DNA from: Octopus sinensis
Lineage: Eukaryota
Direction of reading: 5' to 3'
DNA: 29,202 nt
NCBI RefSeq assembly: GCF_006345805.1
Contig: NW_021833508.1
Coordinates: 1-29,202, forward strand
The notes beneath the pieces are model-generated. The model was not told the origin of the DNA. It worked only from the letters and a program-made list of their open reading frames with translations, and did not search any database. A program made the translations under genes and the position numbers. Below, piece after piece: positions 1-14,747 of the stretch (its first letter is position 1; every line of letters starts with the position of its first letter).

Positions 1-49
1 TTTCTGCATGTGTGCAGACAATTACCACAAGAGTTGCCAATAGAAGAAA

Positions 50-195
50 CACATATACACACACATATCACACAAAGACGCACACACGCGCAAGCACGCA
101 CGCATGCACACGCGCACACACATACACACATACACACGCACACACACACGCATACGCACACGCGTGCACACACACACACACACACAACACACACG

Positions 196-228
<33 letters not shown>

Positions 229-462
229 CATTGCAAGCTTGCATACACATACATCTGCACATATATATATATGTATACATGCATTGGTGGGTATACAAGA
301 CGAAAAGGTGAGACAGGTGGGCAGACAGACAGAGGGAAATAGAGAAAAGAAGGACAGAAAAGAAATAGATAACGAAAAAGGAAAGAAAGCATGAGAGAGA
401 GAGAGAGAGAGAAGTAGGCAGTTGTATTTGTACAGCAATTCTCATATATGTACATATGTATA

Positions 463-532
<70 letters not shown>
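50..532. repeat. compound (CA)n/(TA)n/(GA)n microsatellites
   Basis: Direct reading. Confidence 0.95.
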
Positions 533-537
<5 letters not shown>

Positions 538-1795
538 TATTAACAAACAAGCATACTTACACAACACACATGCAAACACACATATACATGTATGAGTCTG
601 AGTGTTTGTGTATGTGTATATATATATATAATAAAAGTAAAATTGCAAGGTACTGCACGAGTGAAAATTCCTACACACACACGCATATATAGATTTAAAT
701 CTAAAATAATAAGGGTGAAAAATTGAATATTAATTTGAGTAATATCAATTTAAAACCAGTGGTCTAGCATATAGAAAAATCGGAAGATTTAGATAAATTA
801 TATTACATACATTGCTAAATTTTCTTAAAGAACATTCCTTTCTTAGTGGTAAGACCATAGGTGGTCGACTTCTAGCATAATAGATGTCCAGTTAGTGGTC
901 CTCCCTCTTCTATGTATATGTATATGTATATATATACATATATATATTTGTAACTATGTCTATCTGTCTGCCTATCAATCTGGTGGGTTTCCTACCTTAT
1001 AAATTAAAATTAATATTTAACATTATAGTCGATTTTGATATAATCATAATTGTTAAGTTATGTTTCTAGTTTGATAATAGAGTTTATTATAAGTAAAATT
1101 ATTATATTATTTATATCTTTAAATATTTGTTAAATATTCTGATTATTTTAGATATTTCAATTAACCTGAAGATTGACTGTAACCATAACTAGAATTATTA
1201 ATTGATTTAAATTATTGTTATTCGAATTGTACAGCCATGAAACGATCGTAGTGTTTACTCTTTATCTTTTATTAAACTTTTAATACTTTTGATATATTTT
1301 TAAAATGATATAAATTAAAATTAATTATGTATTGGCTTATGTTTTCATTGTTTGATTTACCTAATTAGTGGTTTTATCTCAAATTCAATATAATATAATA
1401 TATAATATATATAATATATATATATATATAGATATACATATATATATATATAATATGATTGCATGTGGGCTATATACGCATCTGGAAGCATCTTATGTGA
1501 GTGACCTTCTGACATGCCACAGCAACCTTTACGTACATTACACCCTTCGCTAAAGGGATTAGTTGTTTGTGCTAGTCAATCACTGGGTCGTTTCTCATAC
1601 ACTCTGCTGCCTCTGTGCGTACATATGTTTATGCGTGTGTGTGCGAGTATGTATGTATGTATGTTTGTATCTATCTATCTATCTATCATCATTATCGGGC
1701 ACAGACAATGTTTAAAGGGTTAAAAGGAACGGTAGTATCATCCTCTATGGGACCGCCACATTTAGTTGGCAAATATATTTCACGATATATATATT

Positions 1796-1843
<48 letters not shown>

Positions 1844-2196
1844 ATATATATCTAATATATATATATATATATCTATATATATATAAATTATAATTTGTTA
1901 TCCGCAACTTAGAACGGACCAAGCAAGAAGTACAGTCGACACTAAAGTGACAGAGAGTACTAGTAAACACCAGGACTGCTTGAAGAAAGAGTGAAAATCC
2001 ACTTTTAATCACATGGGGGCACTTTCCTAACGGCTGACAAGATTTACGAGCAAGATGTTGTCGAAAGTGCTCTCACGTGGATAAGAGCTGTTTTTGACTT
2101 TTATTTCTAGCAATGCTGGTGCTTACCAATACCGTCCGCCACATTAGTAATGACTGTACATCATGCCTGTGTGTGCGTGTATATATATATATGTAG

Positions 2197-2221
2197 TAGA
2201 TAGATAGATAGACAGACAGAC

Positions 2222-2296
<75 letters not shown>

Positions 2297-2361
2297 CAAT
2301 CAGACAGATAGGTAGACAGACTGACTGATAGGTAGATAGACTGATAGACAGACAGACAGAC

Positions 2362-2423
<62 letters not shown>
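2197..2423. repeat. (GATA)n/(GACA)n tetranucleotide array
   Basis: Direct reading. Confidence 0.97.
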
Positions 2424-2595
2424 GGTCAATCCCAGCCGTTTTCTCAAAATCAATCCTAAATTGAAAGGAGAAAAATGAATAAAGCACACACACACACACC
2501 TACAAACGTGGGCAATTGTTTAGAAGTCGGTAATACCTTTCATGTCATAACAAATTTTTATTTACATCAAACATTAGCGCACTTGGTTATGTTTG

Positions 2596-3600
2596 TAATA
2601 AGTTGTCAAGAAAGTTCTTGCGGTTTTTAACCTTTAAATTCAGATGCACGTATCTCGGCTCAAACAAAATTTTATTAATCTAAATAAACCCCATCAGAAT
2701 CAACACACTTTTGCCAACGCGAAACAAGTTTTTTTTAATGCCAGTAGCGTAATAATCCTGCGTTCTGGTGGCGATGAAGTCATTGAAGGCGTGTTTCGCA
2801 TCGACTTAGTTTTTGAAGCATTTCTCACGCAAGAAGTTGTCGAGATGCTTGAAAAAGTGGTAGTCGGTGGGTGAGAGATCTGGTGAGTATGGCGGATGAC
2901 GCAGAGTAATGTAGCCCAGTTCGTTCAACTTCTGCAGGGTCAGTTGTGCGGCGTGCGGCCGAGCGTTGTCGTGGAGAAGAATTTGTCCTTTTCTATTGAC
3001 CAATGCTGGCTGTTGTTGTCGGAGTTTCTTATGCATTTCATCTATTTGTTGAGAGTACTTCTTCGCCGTAATGGTTTCGCCTGGATTCAAAAACTTGTGA
3101 TTGATGAGATCGGCCGCAGACCACCAAACAGTCACCATGGCCTTCTTTTTGCGCAAATTTGGATTCGGGAAGTGTTGTGAAGCTTCGTTGGCGTCCAACC
3201 ACTGAGCTGAGCATCGCCGGTTGTCGTAAAGACTCCACTTTTCATCGCAAGTCACAATCCGGTCGAGAAACGGGTCGTTCTTGTTGCTCGAAAGAAGGGA
3301 AGTCGACATTTCAAAACGGCATTGGTTATCCTTCAATTTGTGCGGCACATATTTCTCAAGTATTTTTTTGTTTTTCCAATCTCTTTCAAGTGGTTGGAAA
3401 TTCTCGTATGCGTTACGTCTAATTCAGAAGCAAGCTCTCGAACAGTTGTGCGTGGATTGGCTTCGACTAAGGCTCTTAGTTGGTCGTTGTCAACATTCGA
3501 TGGCCGACCACTACACTTATCATCTCCAAGTCTCTCGTCACCGCTACGAAATTTCTTGAACCACCATAGTGCTGTACGTTCATTAGTGTTCCTCGGTCAC
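2596..3600 (-). mobile_element. 5'-truncated mariner (Tc1/mariner, D,D34D) transposon with 3' TIR
   Basis: TA at 2596-2597 followed by ATAAGTTGTCAAGAAAGTTCTTGCGGTTTT (2598-2627), which resembles Hsmar1-type TIRs and the TIR at 21276. Transposase homology runs to about 3590, then a (TATG)n tract. No 5' TIR seen. Confidence 0.9.
2675..3590 (-). pseudogene. mariner transposase pseudogene
   Basis: Motifs WWFKKFRSG, (Y)VPHKL (WVPHEL-like), IVTCDEKW, HDNARPH and YSPDLSPTDYHFF, with exactly 34 aa between the 2nd and 3rd Asp. Frameshift near 3361-3375, premature TAA at 2806-2808, frameshift in the T-run near 2729-2736, natural stop at 2675-2677. Confidence 0.92.
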
Positions 3601-4151
3601 AAGTGGACGGTCATCATCATTATGTATGTATGTATGAATGTATGTATGTATATATATATGTATGTATGTATGCATGCAAGTGTTGGTGTTGGTCATTTTG
3701 ATTCTTGCCTCGCTGCTTTTACATTGTATGACGCAGAAAACAAAAAGAAAAAAATCAACGGACAGATTCACAAGAACACAGACATAGGAGTATAGCAACC
3801 GAATTTCATCTCCCAATAGGTGACACACCTCGACCAGGAGAGACTGATGTTGGCCTTTTTTTTATTTCTAGCATTCGGGCAATTTCTACCAATGAAATAA
3901 AACTATTGTTGCCGTTTGTTATTGTTGGTTGTTGTTTTTATCTTTTAGCTACAGATCGAGGTGACTAATGATTAAAAGCTTTCTTTCTTTCTTTCTTTCT
4001 TTTTGTATCTCGAACTCTATTGTCCAACTTGTTCTGAAACATAACTGAAGCGCCGGAAGATTTGCTGGTATTTCTAATAAACCGGCCAACATCGTATAGA
4101 AATTCTCATATTCTCTCATTTCAGACAAAATTATAATTGTTTACTACTACT

Positions 4152-5660
<1,509 letters not shown>

Positions 5661-6084
5661 TATAATTTAGTCCTTCTTTTTTCCTATTTCTACCGAAACC
5701 AGAAGTGGTCGGTTTTATTTCGGGAACAAATCTACTCCGCTGGTTCATTAAAAACGACCGCAATGGTTGTTACTATGTCAGTATAACGCCACACTTTACC
5801 AAATTATAAACAAAACATAGAAAATGAGCTAAATATACATGTGGCCAGCATTAACTAATCAATAATCATCGCCCTATCTTCTCACTGATGGTGTATTACT
5901 TTCTATTTTGACAACACTTTAAGATAACAGTAAGCAGAAACTGATCGATATGTTTCCTAGGCCTAAAGTGTTTTCATTTCTCCCTCTTCTTTTTCTTCAT
6001 TTTCGCTTGGTTTTTACTTATTAATTCCTCTTACTGGAGAATTATTATTATTATTGTGATTGGACAGGGATAATCGTTATAGAG

Positions 6085-6381
6085 GTGGAGGCACATGGCC
6101 TAGTTGCTAGAGCAGCGGACTCGTGGTAGAAGGATCGCAGTTTCGAATCTCAGACCAGGCGATATGTGTGTTTATGAGCGAAACGCCTAAGCTCCACGCG
6201 GTTCCGGCAGAAGGTAATGGCGAAACTTCTGCTGACTCTTTCGCCACAACTTTCTCTCACTCTTTCCTCCTGCATCTTGCAGCTTACCTGCGACTGACCG
6301 GTGTCCCGTCCAGGTGGGGAACCTATACGCCAAGGAAACCGGGAAACCGGCCTTCATGAGCCAGGCATGGCTCGGGAAGGA
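6085..6381 (+). mobile_element. tRNA-derived SINE (family B), full length with TSD
   Basis: A-box-like TGGCCTAGTTG and B-box-like GTTTCGAATC in the head. 13-bp flanking direct repeat AATCGTTA(T/C)AGAG at 6072-6084 and 6382-6394. Confidence 0.8.
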
Positions 6382-6416
6382 AATCGTTACAGAGTCGGAT
6401 AAAATGCCTTGTGATA

Positions 6417-7198
6417 TCGATAATAATAAATGGCAAGTTTGTATGTTTGTGTTTGTGAATTTGTTATTTTAACTCCTCCGTGACTATCCAACAGACCTCG
6501 AGGAAACCTGACACGTGTGTGGGGCTTATGCCCTTGGAATTAAAAAAAATCGGTTTTTAATCAGCATCAATTTTTTCGAAAATCGTAAAATTTCGGCATT
6601 TTTCGCACGAGCCATCGTGACATGAATTTCACGAAAAATGCCGAAATTTGACGAAAAATGTTTCATGGGTATAAACTGACAGCTTATTAACGGTAATCTA
6701 TTTAGTATTTGCTAATACTTCATTTCAATGCGAATTGTTTTGATTTGCTGAAACTTAATATTTCAATTCGTTGTTTTAATTTTGCGCACTAGCCGTCCTA
6801 ACATGAATTTGACGAAATCTGCCCCAAAGCGTAAAATTTCGCCATTTTACGCACACGCACAAAAATGACGACGACACGGGTTCGCTTCCATTTTTGCGTC
6901 AAATTGGCCCTACCCATTAATATAGATTTAAAATCCTCTGAAAAATGTTGAAAGTAGACGAAAAATGTTTCATGGCTATAAACAGAAGGACTATAAAGAG
7001 AAGAACTAGGTTATATATGTATACATAGGTGTAAGAGTGGCTGTGTGGTAAGTAGCTTGCTTACCAACCACATGGTTCCGGGTTCAGTCCCACTGCATGG
7101 CACCTTGGGCAAGTGTCTTCTGTTATAGCCTCGGGTTGACCAAAGCCTTGTGAATGGATTTGGTAGACGGAAACTGAAAGAAGTCCGTCGTATATATG

Positions 7199-7233
<35 letters not shown>

Positions 7234-7493
7234 TTATATGTTTGTGTGTTTGTCCTCTCAACATCAACATCACTTGAGCACCGATGCTGGTGTGTTTACA
7301 TCCCTGTAACCTAGCGGTTCGGCAAAAGAGGCCGAATAGAATAATTACTAGACTTACAAAGAATAAGTCCTGGGGTCGATTTGCTCGACTAAAGGCGGTG
7401 CTCCAGCATGGCCGTAGTCAAATGACTGAAACACGTAAAAGAGTAGAAGAGTCAGCTTATTAACGGTAATTTATTACCGGGTACCCCAGCTAG
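6417..7493 (+). mobile_element. non-autonomous Helitron-like element (about 1.08 kb including a nested SINE)
   Basis: Inserted between A(6416) and T(7494); starts TC, ends CTAG. Subterminal hairpin CGGTAA/TTACCG (7464-7479) about 10 nt before the end. GTTTGTATGTTTGTG near the 5' end and internal direct repeats (GACGAAAAATGTTTCATGG at about 6650 and 6957). Confidence 0.75.
7028..7451 (+). mobile_element. tRNA-derived SINE (family A) with internal (TA)(TG) microsatellite, nested in the Helitron
   Basis: Head TGGCTGTGTGGTAAG...GGTTCAGTCCC; body CTTGGGCAAGTGTCTTCT; tail GGTCGATTTGCTCGACTAAAGGCGGTGCTCCAGCATGG...GTAAAAGAG. Homologous to the copies at 9773, 10794 and 26291. Confidence 0.9.
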
Positions 7494-7567
7494 TTTATTC
7501 TAAGTTCAGAATCCATCCTATTCTCCAAGGTCAACTTTGCCTTTCACTTTTCGTAATTCACTGAAAT

Positions 7568-7710
7568 ATACCTTAGGAATGAGAACCCAGGTTTGAAACT
7601 TCCCCAAGACACCCGATGAAGGCTGGAGGGTATATCAGCCGAAATGTTGTGTTAACAACAAACAAGATGAGGACAAATAGCCGTCAAATGTAAATAATGT
7701 AAATAATGTA
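7568..7710 (+). mobile_element. 5'-truncated copy of hammerhead-bearing short element (family E), core mutated
   Basis: Aligns with 22900-23045. Hammerhead-like segment 7608-7653 has CCGATGA instead of CTGATGA and GAAAT instead of GAAAC. Ends in the (AATGTAAAT)n tail. Confidence 0.85.
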
Positions 7711-8769
7711 CTTTGCAAACTAGTTTTGCCTTTATCTGAAAATGAAGGTAAGTTTCTTTTTCGACTTTGTCGCTTCATTATATATAATTTTGGTGGGAAA
7801 ATATTTTCATGTTTCCCTATCAGCTTCGCTTTATATGTTTCTAATTAATTTTCTAGTGCTACTGTCGTTATTTTCTAATATTTCTTTTATTATATTTCAA
7901 ACTTCACCCTCTTTGTGTGCAGAACAGATGTAACGTATCGATTTGTAGTTTGGTTTTTGTAAACCTTTCAAGCAAATTAATTGAGAAGACTACTGTATTT
8001 ATATCAACAATCTTACTTCTAACATTATGTTGATTATTAATTACTTTCTCGTCTTCTGTTGTTCTCGTCAGATACCAAGAGGCTTTATCAATTCCTCGTC
8101 TTTTGGAGCATGCATTGTAGTTGTCTCATTCAAATTATTCAATTTCAGATTTTTAACAGACAGAATCTGAACAGACATAATTTCACTTGTTTCCACAGTT
8201 TTTGATGGGGAGTTTCCCTGAGTAAATGCTATCTTGGATTTAATATAAAAGAAAAACAGAAGAATAAAATTGAGTCCAAAACTGATAGACGTTATGTCTG
8301 CCCCAGTATGGGGTAGATGTCCAACGCATTACAGGAGGTTTCATGATGAAATTCATTCGAAAAGAAATATTTGTTTTCAGTTGTACTTGGCAAAATTCCG
8401 AAAATACATCTGCTCACAGCCAAATTCAAACATGATAATAATTCTTTTATTTATTTGCCACAAGGGCCCGTGCATAGAGTAACGTTTTGTATAAAGGATT
8501 ACTGGATATTTGAAGATTTACAATCAATCGTTGTGGTATAAAAAATAGTTGCGATACAACAACATTACAGAATGCTTAGGGACAGTTTAAGACTTTGATG
8601 AAAATAAATATGTAGAATCGAAATACACATATGTAAAAATAAAGACTTCGCCTGGCAAATTATTTTATTTTTCTAAAAAAAGTCAGAAACCATGATCCAG
8701 GAAATAGATGGTAAATGTTTTCATTGTTCATTCCCTTCGAGATTTTATCCCTAATTAGTGGTTTGGAAT

Positions 8770-9200
8770 TTAGTTAGTTAGTTAGTTAATTTTTTGGCTC
8801 AAAAAGCAAAAAAGCAAGGCCGTGTAGGGGGACATGAAGTTATGTACAGGGTGGTGTTCATGTAAAGAGTTCAGGCCACTTGTGGTCAAGGGAGACTTTG
8901 AACCGAGCGGTCGTCGGCATCTTCACCATCTCGTCCGGCAGCTTATTCCACGGATCCGCAACCCGGACGGAGAAAGCCCCTCTCCTTCGATTGAGATGAA
9001 ATCGTCGCAGATAGAACTTTTCGGAATGACCCCGCAGCCAACGCTCTGGAGCAGGAGTGAAGAACAGCTCTTTCGAGAGGTTATACTTTCCGCTTATGAT
9101 GTGAGCAAGAATGAGATCACCACGTTGTCGTCGTTTTTCTAGAAAATAAAGGTCGAGCGTATTCAGCCTTTCTTCATAAGACAAATTCTTGCTTCTAGCG
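8770..9200 (-). mobile_element. CR1-type LINE 3' end (ORF2 C-terminus, 3' UTR, (TAAC)n tail), 5'-truncated
   Basis: ORF 8858-9184 reads LSYEERL..LDL..LEKRRQRGDLI...RGHSEK...FSVRV..PWNKLP...FK..LD, the typical post-RT C-terminus of CR1-group LINEs. It is followed on the minus strand by a short UTR and TAACTAACTAAC. Confidence 0.88.
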
Positions 9201-9772
9201 TAAGGGAGTCCTATGATGGATACCTCTTAATGTGTTTAAATGTACATCGTATTTTATGTAAAAATAAATATAAATTAATGAATGTATTCAAAAACAACAT
9301 ATAAATAAAACCCAAGCACACATGGATGAGATGCCATTTTCTAGGGTGGATCATACTACCCTATGACTGTGACTTTCACTTTTGTTTAATCCCTCTCAGG
9401 ACATTGTCTGTACGTCCTCATTTGGGACTTTTGCATTCTTTATTGTTCAAGTGGATGCTTTGCTCTGTGTTGAGACACATATTTTGAATAGACTGATTTT
9501 TCTTTTTGCCCTCGTCTCCAACATGCCGTCCTTTTACAAGCCACGAATCTTCCACACCATTGCAAACGATGAGGAGGTACTACTGAGAGAACTATGAGGA
9601 TTTTTTTGGTTCTGGTTGATGAGTGTTAACATTGAGGACGAAATGAAGCTTTCGGTCTTCCATGGGGATTGGAAAGGTGATGTTTTGGAAAGAAGAGTTT
9701 CTGGGTCCTACTGTTGTTGCTTCTAGCTCTGCTACTGTCTGCTACTCACTTTCCTAATATGTTCATAGGGAT

Positions 9773-10165
9773 AAGTAGCTTGCTTACCAGCCACATGGTT
9801 CCGGGATCAGACCCACTGTGTGGCACTTTGGGCAAGTGTCTTCTACTATAGCCTTGGGCTGACCAAAGCCTTGTGAGTGGATTTGGTAGTCGGATACTAA
9901 AAGAAGCCCGTCGTATATATGTAGTTGTATGTATGTATGTATGTGTGTGTATATGTTTGTGTGTCTGTCTTTGTCCCTTCAACATCGCTTAACAACCGAT
10001 GCCGATGTGTTTTACGTCCTCGTAACTTAGCGGTTCTGCAAAAGAGACCGATAGAATAAGTACTAGGCCTATAAAGAATAAGTCCTGGGGTCGATTTGCT
10101 CGACTAAAGGCGGTGCTCCAGCATAGCCGCAGTCAAATGACTGAAACAAGTAAAAGAGGAAAAGA
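9773..10165 (+). mobile_element. SINE family A copy, first ~20 nt of head missing
   Basis: Colinear with 7048-7451; same body, internal microsatellite and tail. Confidence 0.9.
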
Positions 10166-10468
10166 GAAAGAGAAAATCCTCCTCCTCCTCATCATCATCC
10201 TCATTATCATCATTGCCGTCGTCATCATCATCGGTAGTATCAGTAGTAGTGGTGGTGTTTGGTAGTTAGTAGTTGAAAAGTTAACATTTCTTTCCTATAT
10301 TTAAAACCTTACCATTTTTTTTTTTTTTTGTACCAAATGCCATCGTCTTACTTTTGGTGTTATAAGAAGCAGAAATAAGTAAGGAAGTTGGTTAAGATGC
10401 TCATTATGAATACAAGAGACATCCGTTCACAATATATTTTATTTAAATTTTGTACTCTCACCGTTTTA

Positions 10469-10793
<325 letters not shown>

Positions 10794-11178
10794 ACTCTCT
10801 CTTTACTTTTTTACTTGTTTCAGTCATTTGACTGCGGCCATGGTGAAGCACCGCCCTTTTAGTCGAGCAAATCGACCCCAGGACTTAATTTTTGTATGCC
10901 TAGTACCGCTAAGTTACGAGGACGTAAACACACCACCATCGGTTGTCAAGCGATGTTGGGGAGGGCAAACACAGACACACACACACACACACATATTATA
11001 TATATACATATATGCGACGGGCTTCTTTCAGGTTCCATCTACCAAATCCACTCACAAGGCTTTGGTTGGCCGGAGGCTATAGTAGGAGACACTTGCCCAA
11101 GGTGCCACGCAGTGGGACTGAACCCGGAACAATGTGGTTGGTAAGCAAGCTACTTACTACACAGTCACTCCTGCGCTA
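10794..11178 (-). mobile_element. SINE family A copy with an internal deletion of about 27 bp
   Basis: Reverse complement of the 7028 and 9773 copies; lacks the segment GGCAAAAGAGACCGATAGAATAA near 10908. Confidence 0.9.
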
Positions 11179-11269
11179 TAATAATGATACTAATTATTAT
11201 TACTTTTGGTGTTGTCACTGTTGGTGTTGTCGTCGTTGTCATCATCATCACCACCACCACCATCGTCAT

Positions 11270-11304
<35 letters not shown>

Positions 11305-11581
11305 TCATCGTTATTATTACTCGTTTCTTTAGAAGCTGGTCATTGACCGGCGGAGTTGAATTTTTGAAAATTTTCCCATTTTCAATTAATTAATTGCTTT
11401 TTTAATTTCTACTTTGTAGTATGATGGCGCCTTGGATTGAGGCCGACGGAGTACTTGGTTTGAAGGGTCTTTAAGGTGACTCCCCATTTAACCCAGGTAA
11501 GTGTGTCACGTGTGTTACGTGTTCGTGTGTGCGAGTATCTTCATGTGCGTGTATGTGTGTGTGTGTAGATATATATATATA

Positions 11582-12763
11582 CTAGCATTAAAGACCCGTC
11601 GTTGCTGGGTCATAGTGCTAGTGCATGTATATATGTGTATATATATGTGTACATATTACATGTACATCTATATATATATACATCTACACATAAAATACAA
11701 AATACAAGGTTATATCTTGATATCGCTAGTGATAACAATACTCAAAATATATAACAGACTGGAATTGTTAGCCCGTCTCTTGTAATTTCGATCAATTGTA
11801 TCTTGTCCTCCCTCTTGTATAGAACTGTGGCTACAATCCAGCCTACCTCTACTTCTGGTGGGGGAGGGGGGTATTTAAAATTTTTTTCCGGGACGTCCTA
11901 CATCCCAGATATAAAGGTAAAAATAAAATATTTCAACTTTGCAAGTTCGAGTCAAGTACACCCTTGCACGCTCCGTTGACTCGAACCTTGCTTCTATTGT
12001 GGCGAATTTACCGCCTCTGATTAGATATCTTTCATAGTCGCACCAAGACACTTTTCGAAGGTGCTTTCCTCCATATGTTCAAATCTTTTTTCTCTACAGT
12101 GTATACTTTATAGACAATAGTCTTTTCTTTAATTTAATTTTTTATTATCCATCTGAACTATTCCATTTTTACACGCTAATTTTATTTTCAATTTATTCCC
12201 ATTCATGTGATACCACTTATTCAAGTTCAAATCATTGATGCAATTTTATACCAATTGCTATTTTTACTTTTGTTATGTTACGATTGTATTATACTTTAGT
12301 TTGATTTTAATTATTACTTACTACATATAATTCAATTGTTATTATTATTTTTATTGTTAAAGTGAAAGCATCTGACATAAAATAGAGAAATATTTTTGTT
12401 TCACTTTTAACACGTAATACTGAAATAGTGGAGAAGATATGATATTGCTATGGGCTCGCTCTAGGTAAGAAGTTGAACATTTTTTTGCCCATGAAACTAC
12501 ATGGACCCTAAGCAAGGCATGTGTAAAATTTGAATGAAATTGGTTGTGTAATTCTCAAGTTTTAGGGAATCGTAGTGGAGAAGATATGTTATTGCTGTGG
12601 GCTCGCCCTAGGCAAAAAGTTAAAATTGTTTTTGCCGATGACACTACCCGGACCCTAAGTAAGGCATGTGTAAAATTTGAATGAAATTGGTTGTGTAGTT
12701 CTCAAGTTTTAGGGAAACACACAGACAGACAGACACACATTCTCAGTTTTATATATATAAAGA
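11582..12763 (-). mobile_element. non-autonomous Helitron-like element with two 147-bp internal tandem repeats
   Basis: On the minus strand it reads A|TCTTTATATATA...(TGTC)n...GACCC-AGCAACGAC-GGGTC hairpin, 7 nt, CTAG|T. Tandem units start at 12426 and 12573 (TAGTGGAGAAGATATG...TTTTAGGGAA). Confidence 0.75.
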
Positions 12764-12919
12764 TATATGTGTGTGTGTATGTGCGTACGTGTGAGGGATA
12801 GGTTCACGTAACGTCATAACACAGTTTTCCTTTTTTCCTTCCAGAATCGCTCTATGATCGATGTAATTAATTATATCTTTCTCCCAAAATCCGTGACCAT
12901 CTGCCCAAGTTGTAGGAAA

Positions 12920-13070
12920 GCATGTGGACTAGTGGTGAGGCTGTTCAGCTTACGTTTGTGGGGTTGTGTGTGCAGGTCCTAGATCGGGTGACCTGTTGTG
13001 TCCTTGATCATAGCGCTTCCTTTCACGTTGCCCACAGTCTACTCAAATGTAAACGAATACTAGCTATCTC
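12920..13070 (+). mobile_element. decayed SINE head and core (family D-like)
   Basis: tRNA-like start GCATGTGGACTAGTGGTGAGG; GTCCTTGATCATAGCGCTTCCTTTCACGTTGC aligns with GTCCTTGAGCAAGACACTTTATTTCACGTTGC at about 20473. Confidence 0.5.
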
Positions 13071-13668
13071 TGTACTCTATCACGTCACACATCTTCCTTT
13101 TGCCCTATTTCCCCAGTCACTGACTCTCCTCTGTCTGATCAAACTATTGCCCGTGTGTTGGAGATGTCCACCAGTAGATACCTGGGGTGGCTATGGGCAC
13201 CACTTTTGGCCCAGACTACGCAAAATTTTTCGCTGGGTTACGCTGTGCTGACTTTATTAACACCACCTCTTTCCCACTTTCTATCTCCCACTATGTCCCA
13301 CTTCTTTCTCTCTCTTTTAACGTATTTATCGATGAACGTATCTCTCCTCTATGAATCTATACAACTTCCATACTTCTTTTTCACTCACTCACTCACTCAC
13401 TCACTCACTCATTCTCTTTCTTTTCCTCAAGCTGTTCTGATTCATTTGTACTTCAAAATGTAACCTATTGTCTAACCTCTTCTGTCTCCTATATATTAAA
13501 TTTGCAGCTGCATCTATTTCTCCCTATCTTATTTATAATTTTTTATCCTTCGTTTCCCAATCAAACATTGAGATCTTGGTCTCTCACCCACTCTCTCAGA
13601 AACTTTCCTGGGAAGATTCCTGCGATTGGCACTAGAGGGAGACTGGAATATAATTTTAGATGCACGAT

Positions 13669-13800
13669 AAGATTGTAGCGAATGTCTACGTTGTCTCTGT
13701 CTTAACTTTCCCCAGATCCCATTTGGTCAGATTGGAGCGTCTGTTTTTCCGCTTCCTACGGAAGAGATACGTTCTGCTGGTCAGGTTACATCATTGCTCT
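13669..13800 (+). pseudogene. probable L1/Tx1-clade LINE ORF2 fragment
   Basis: Translation KIVANVYVVSVLTFPRSHLVRLERLFFRFLRKRYVLLVR resembles the post-RT segment of Tx1-like LINEs (ANVYI.S...LER..FRFLWK...LVRR) as I recall it. Not searched. Confidence 0.45.
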
Positions 13801-13825
13801 ACAACCAACTCAAGAGCTATAACCA

Positions 13826-14339
13826 GCAGCAGCAGCAGCAGCAGCGCAGCAGCAGCAGCAGCAGCAGAAGCACAACCACGACCACCACCGACAATAACAA
13901 CATAACCACCAATACTACCACCAGCATCATCACCACCACCACCACCACCACACCTCCACCACACCACCACCAAAGTTAGTGCGGGAGGCAGAGATGGAGG
14001 TTGTAGTGATAGTGATAACTCGAGTTGCCGATGTACAGATAATGATGGTGGTGGTAGTAGTAGCAGTGATAATGGTGGTGATAGTGATGATGAAGATGGG
14101 TGAGGTGAGATGATATGAAGGGGATGAAAGCCGTAGTGATGGCCCTGCTGTTTTTTCTGGACCACCACCACAACCGCCATCATCCTCACCATCATCCTCA
14201 CCATCATCCTCACCATCAACCTCACCATCATCATCATCATCATCATCATCATTATCACCACCACCATCATCCTCACCATCATCCTCACCATCAACCTCAC
14301 CATCATCATCATCATCATCATCATCATTATCACCACCAC

Positions 14340-14383
<44 letters not shown>

Positions 14384-14450
14384 CCACCACCATCATCATC
14401 ATAATCACTATCATCATCATCATCATCACCATCATCACCATCACCATCAC

Positions 14451-14485
<35 letters not shown>

Positions 14486-14632
14486 CCACCACCACCACCA
14501 TCATCACCACCATTACCACCCCACCACCACCACCACTATCATCATCATCATCATCACCAACACCATCATCATCACCATCATCACCATCACCATCACCATC
14601 ATCATCGTCATCATCATCACCTTCACCATCAT

Positions 14633-14664
<32 letters not shown>

Positions 14665-14715
14665 TCACCACCACCACCCCACCACCACCACCACTATCAT
14701 CACCATCACCATCAC

Positions 14716-14747
<32 letters not shown>

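Noticed and set aside
2010-2110. SHGGTFLTADKIYEQDVVESALTWIRA as a BACK/Kelch-like exon
   Set aside because: Motif spacing does not fit, it is bounded by stops, and no splice sites were found.
2806-3348. Intact or domesticated transposase (SETMAR-like)
   Set aside because: Frameshifts on both sides, premature stop, N-terminus missing, no SET domain.
9382-9726. Exon after the strong acceptor CCCTCTCAG at 9399
   Set aside because: In-frame stop at about 9597, only a weak donor, and no recognisable protein in any frame.
13791-14519. Met/Val-rich 242-aa ORF (reflectin- or mucin-like?)
   Set aside because: Antisense reading of (CAT/CAC)n; no reflectin motif such as MDMSNYSMDMYGRYMD.
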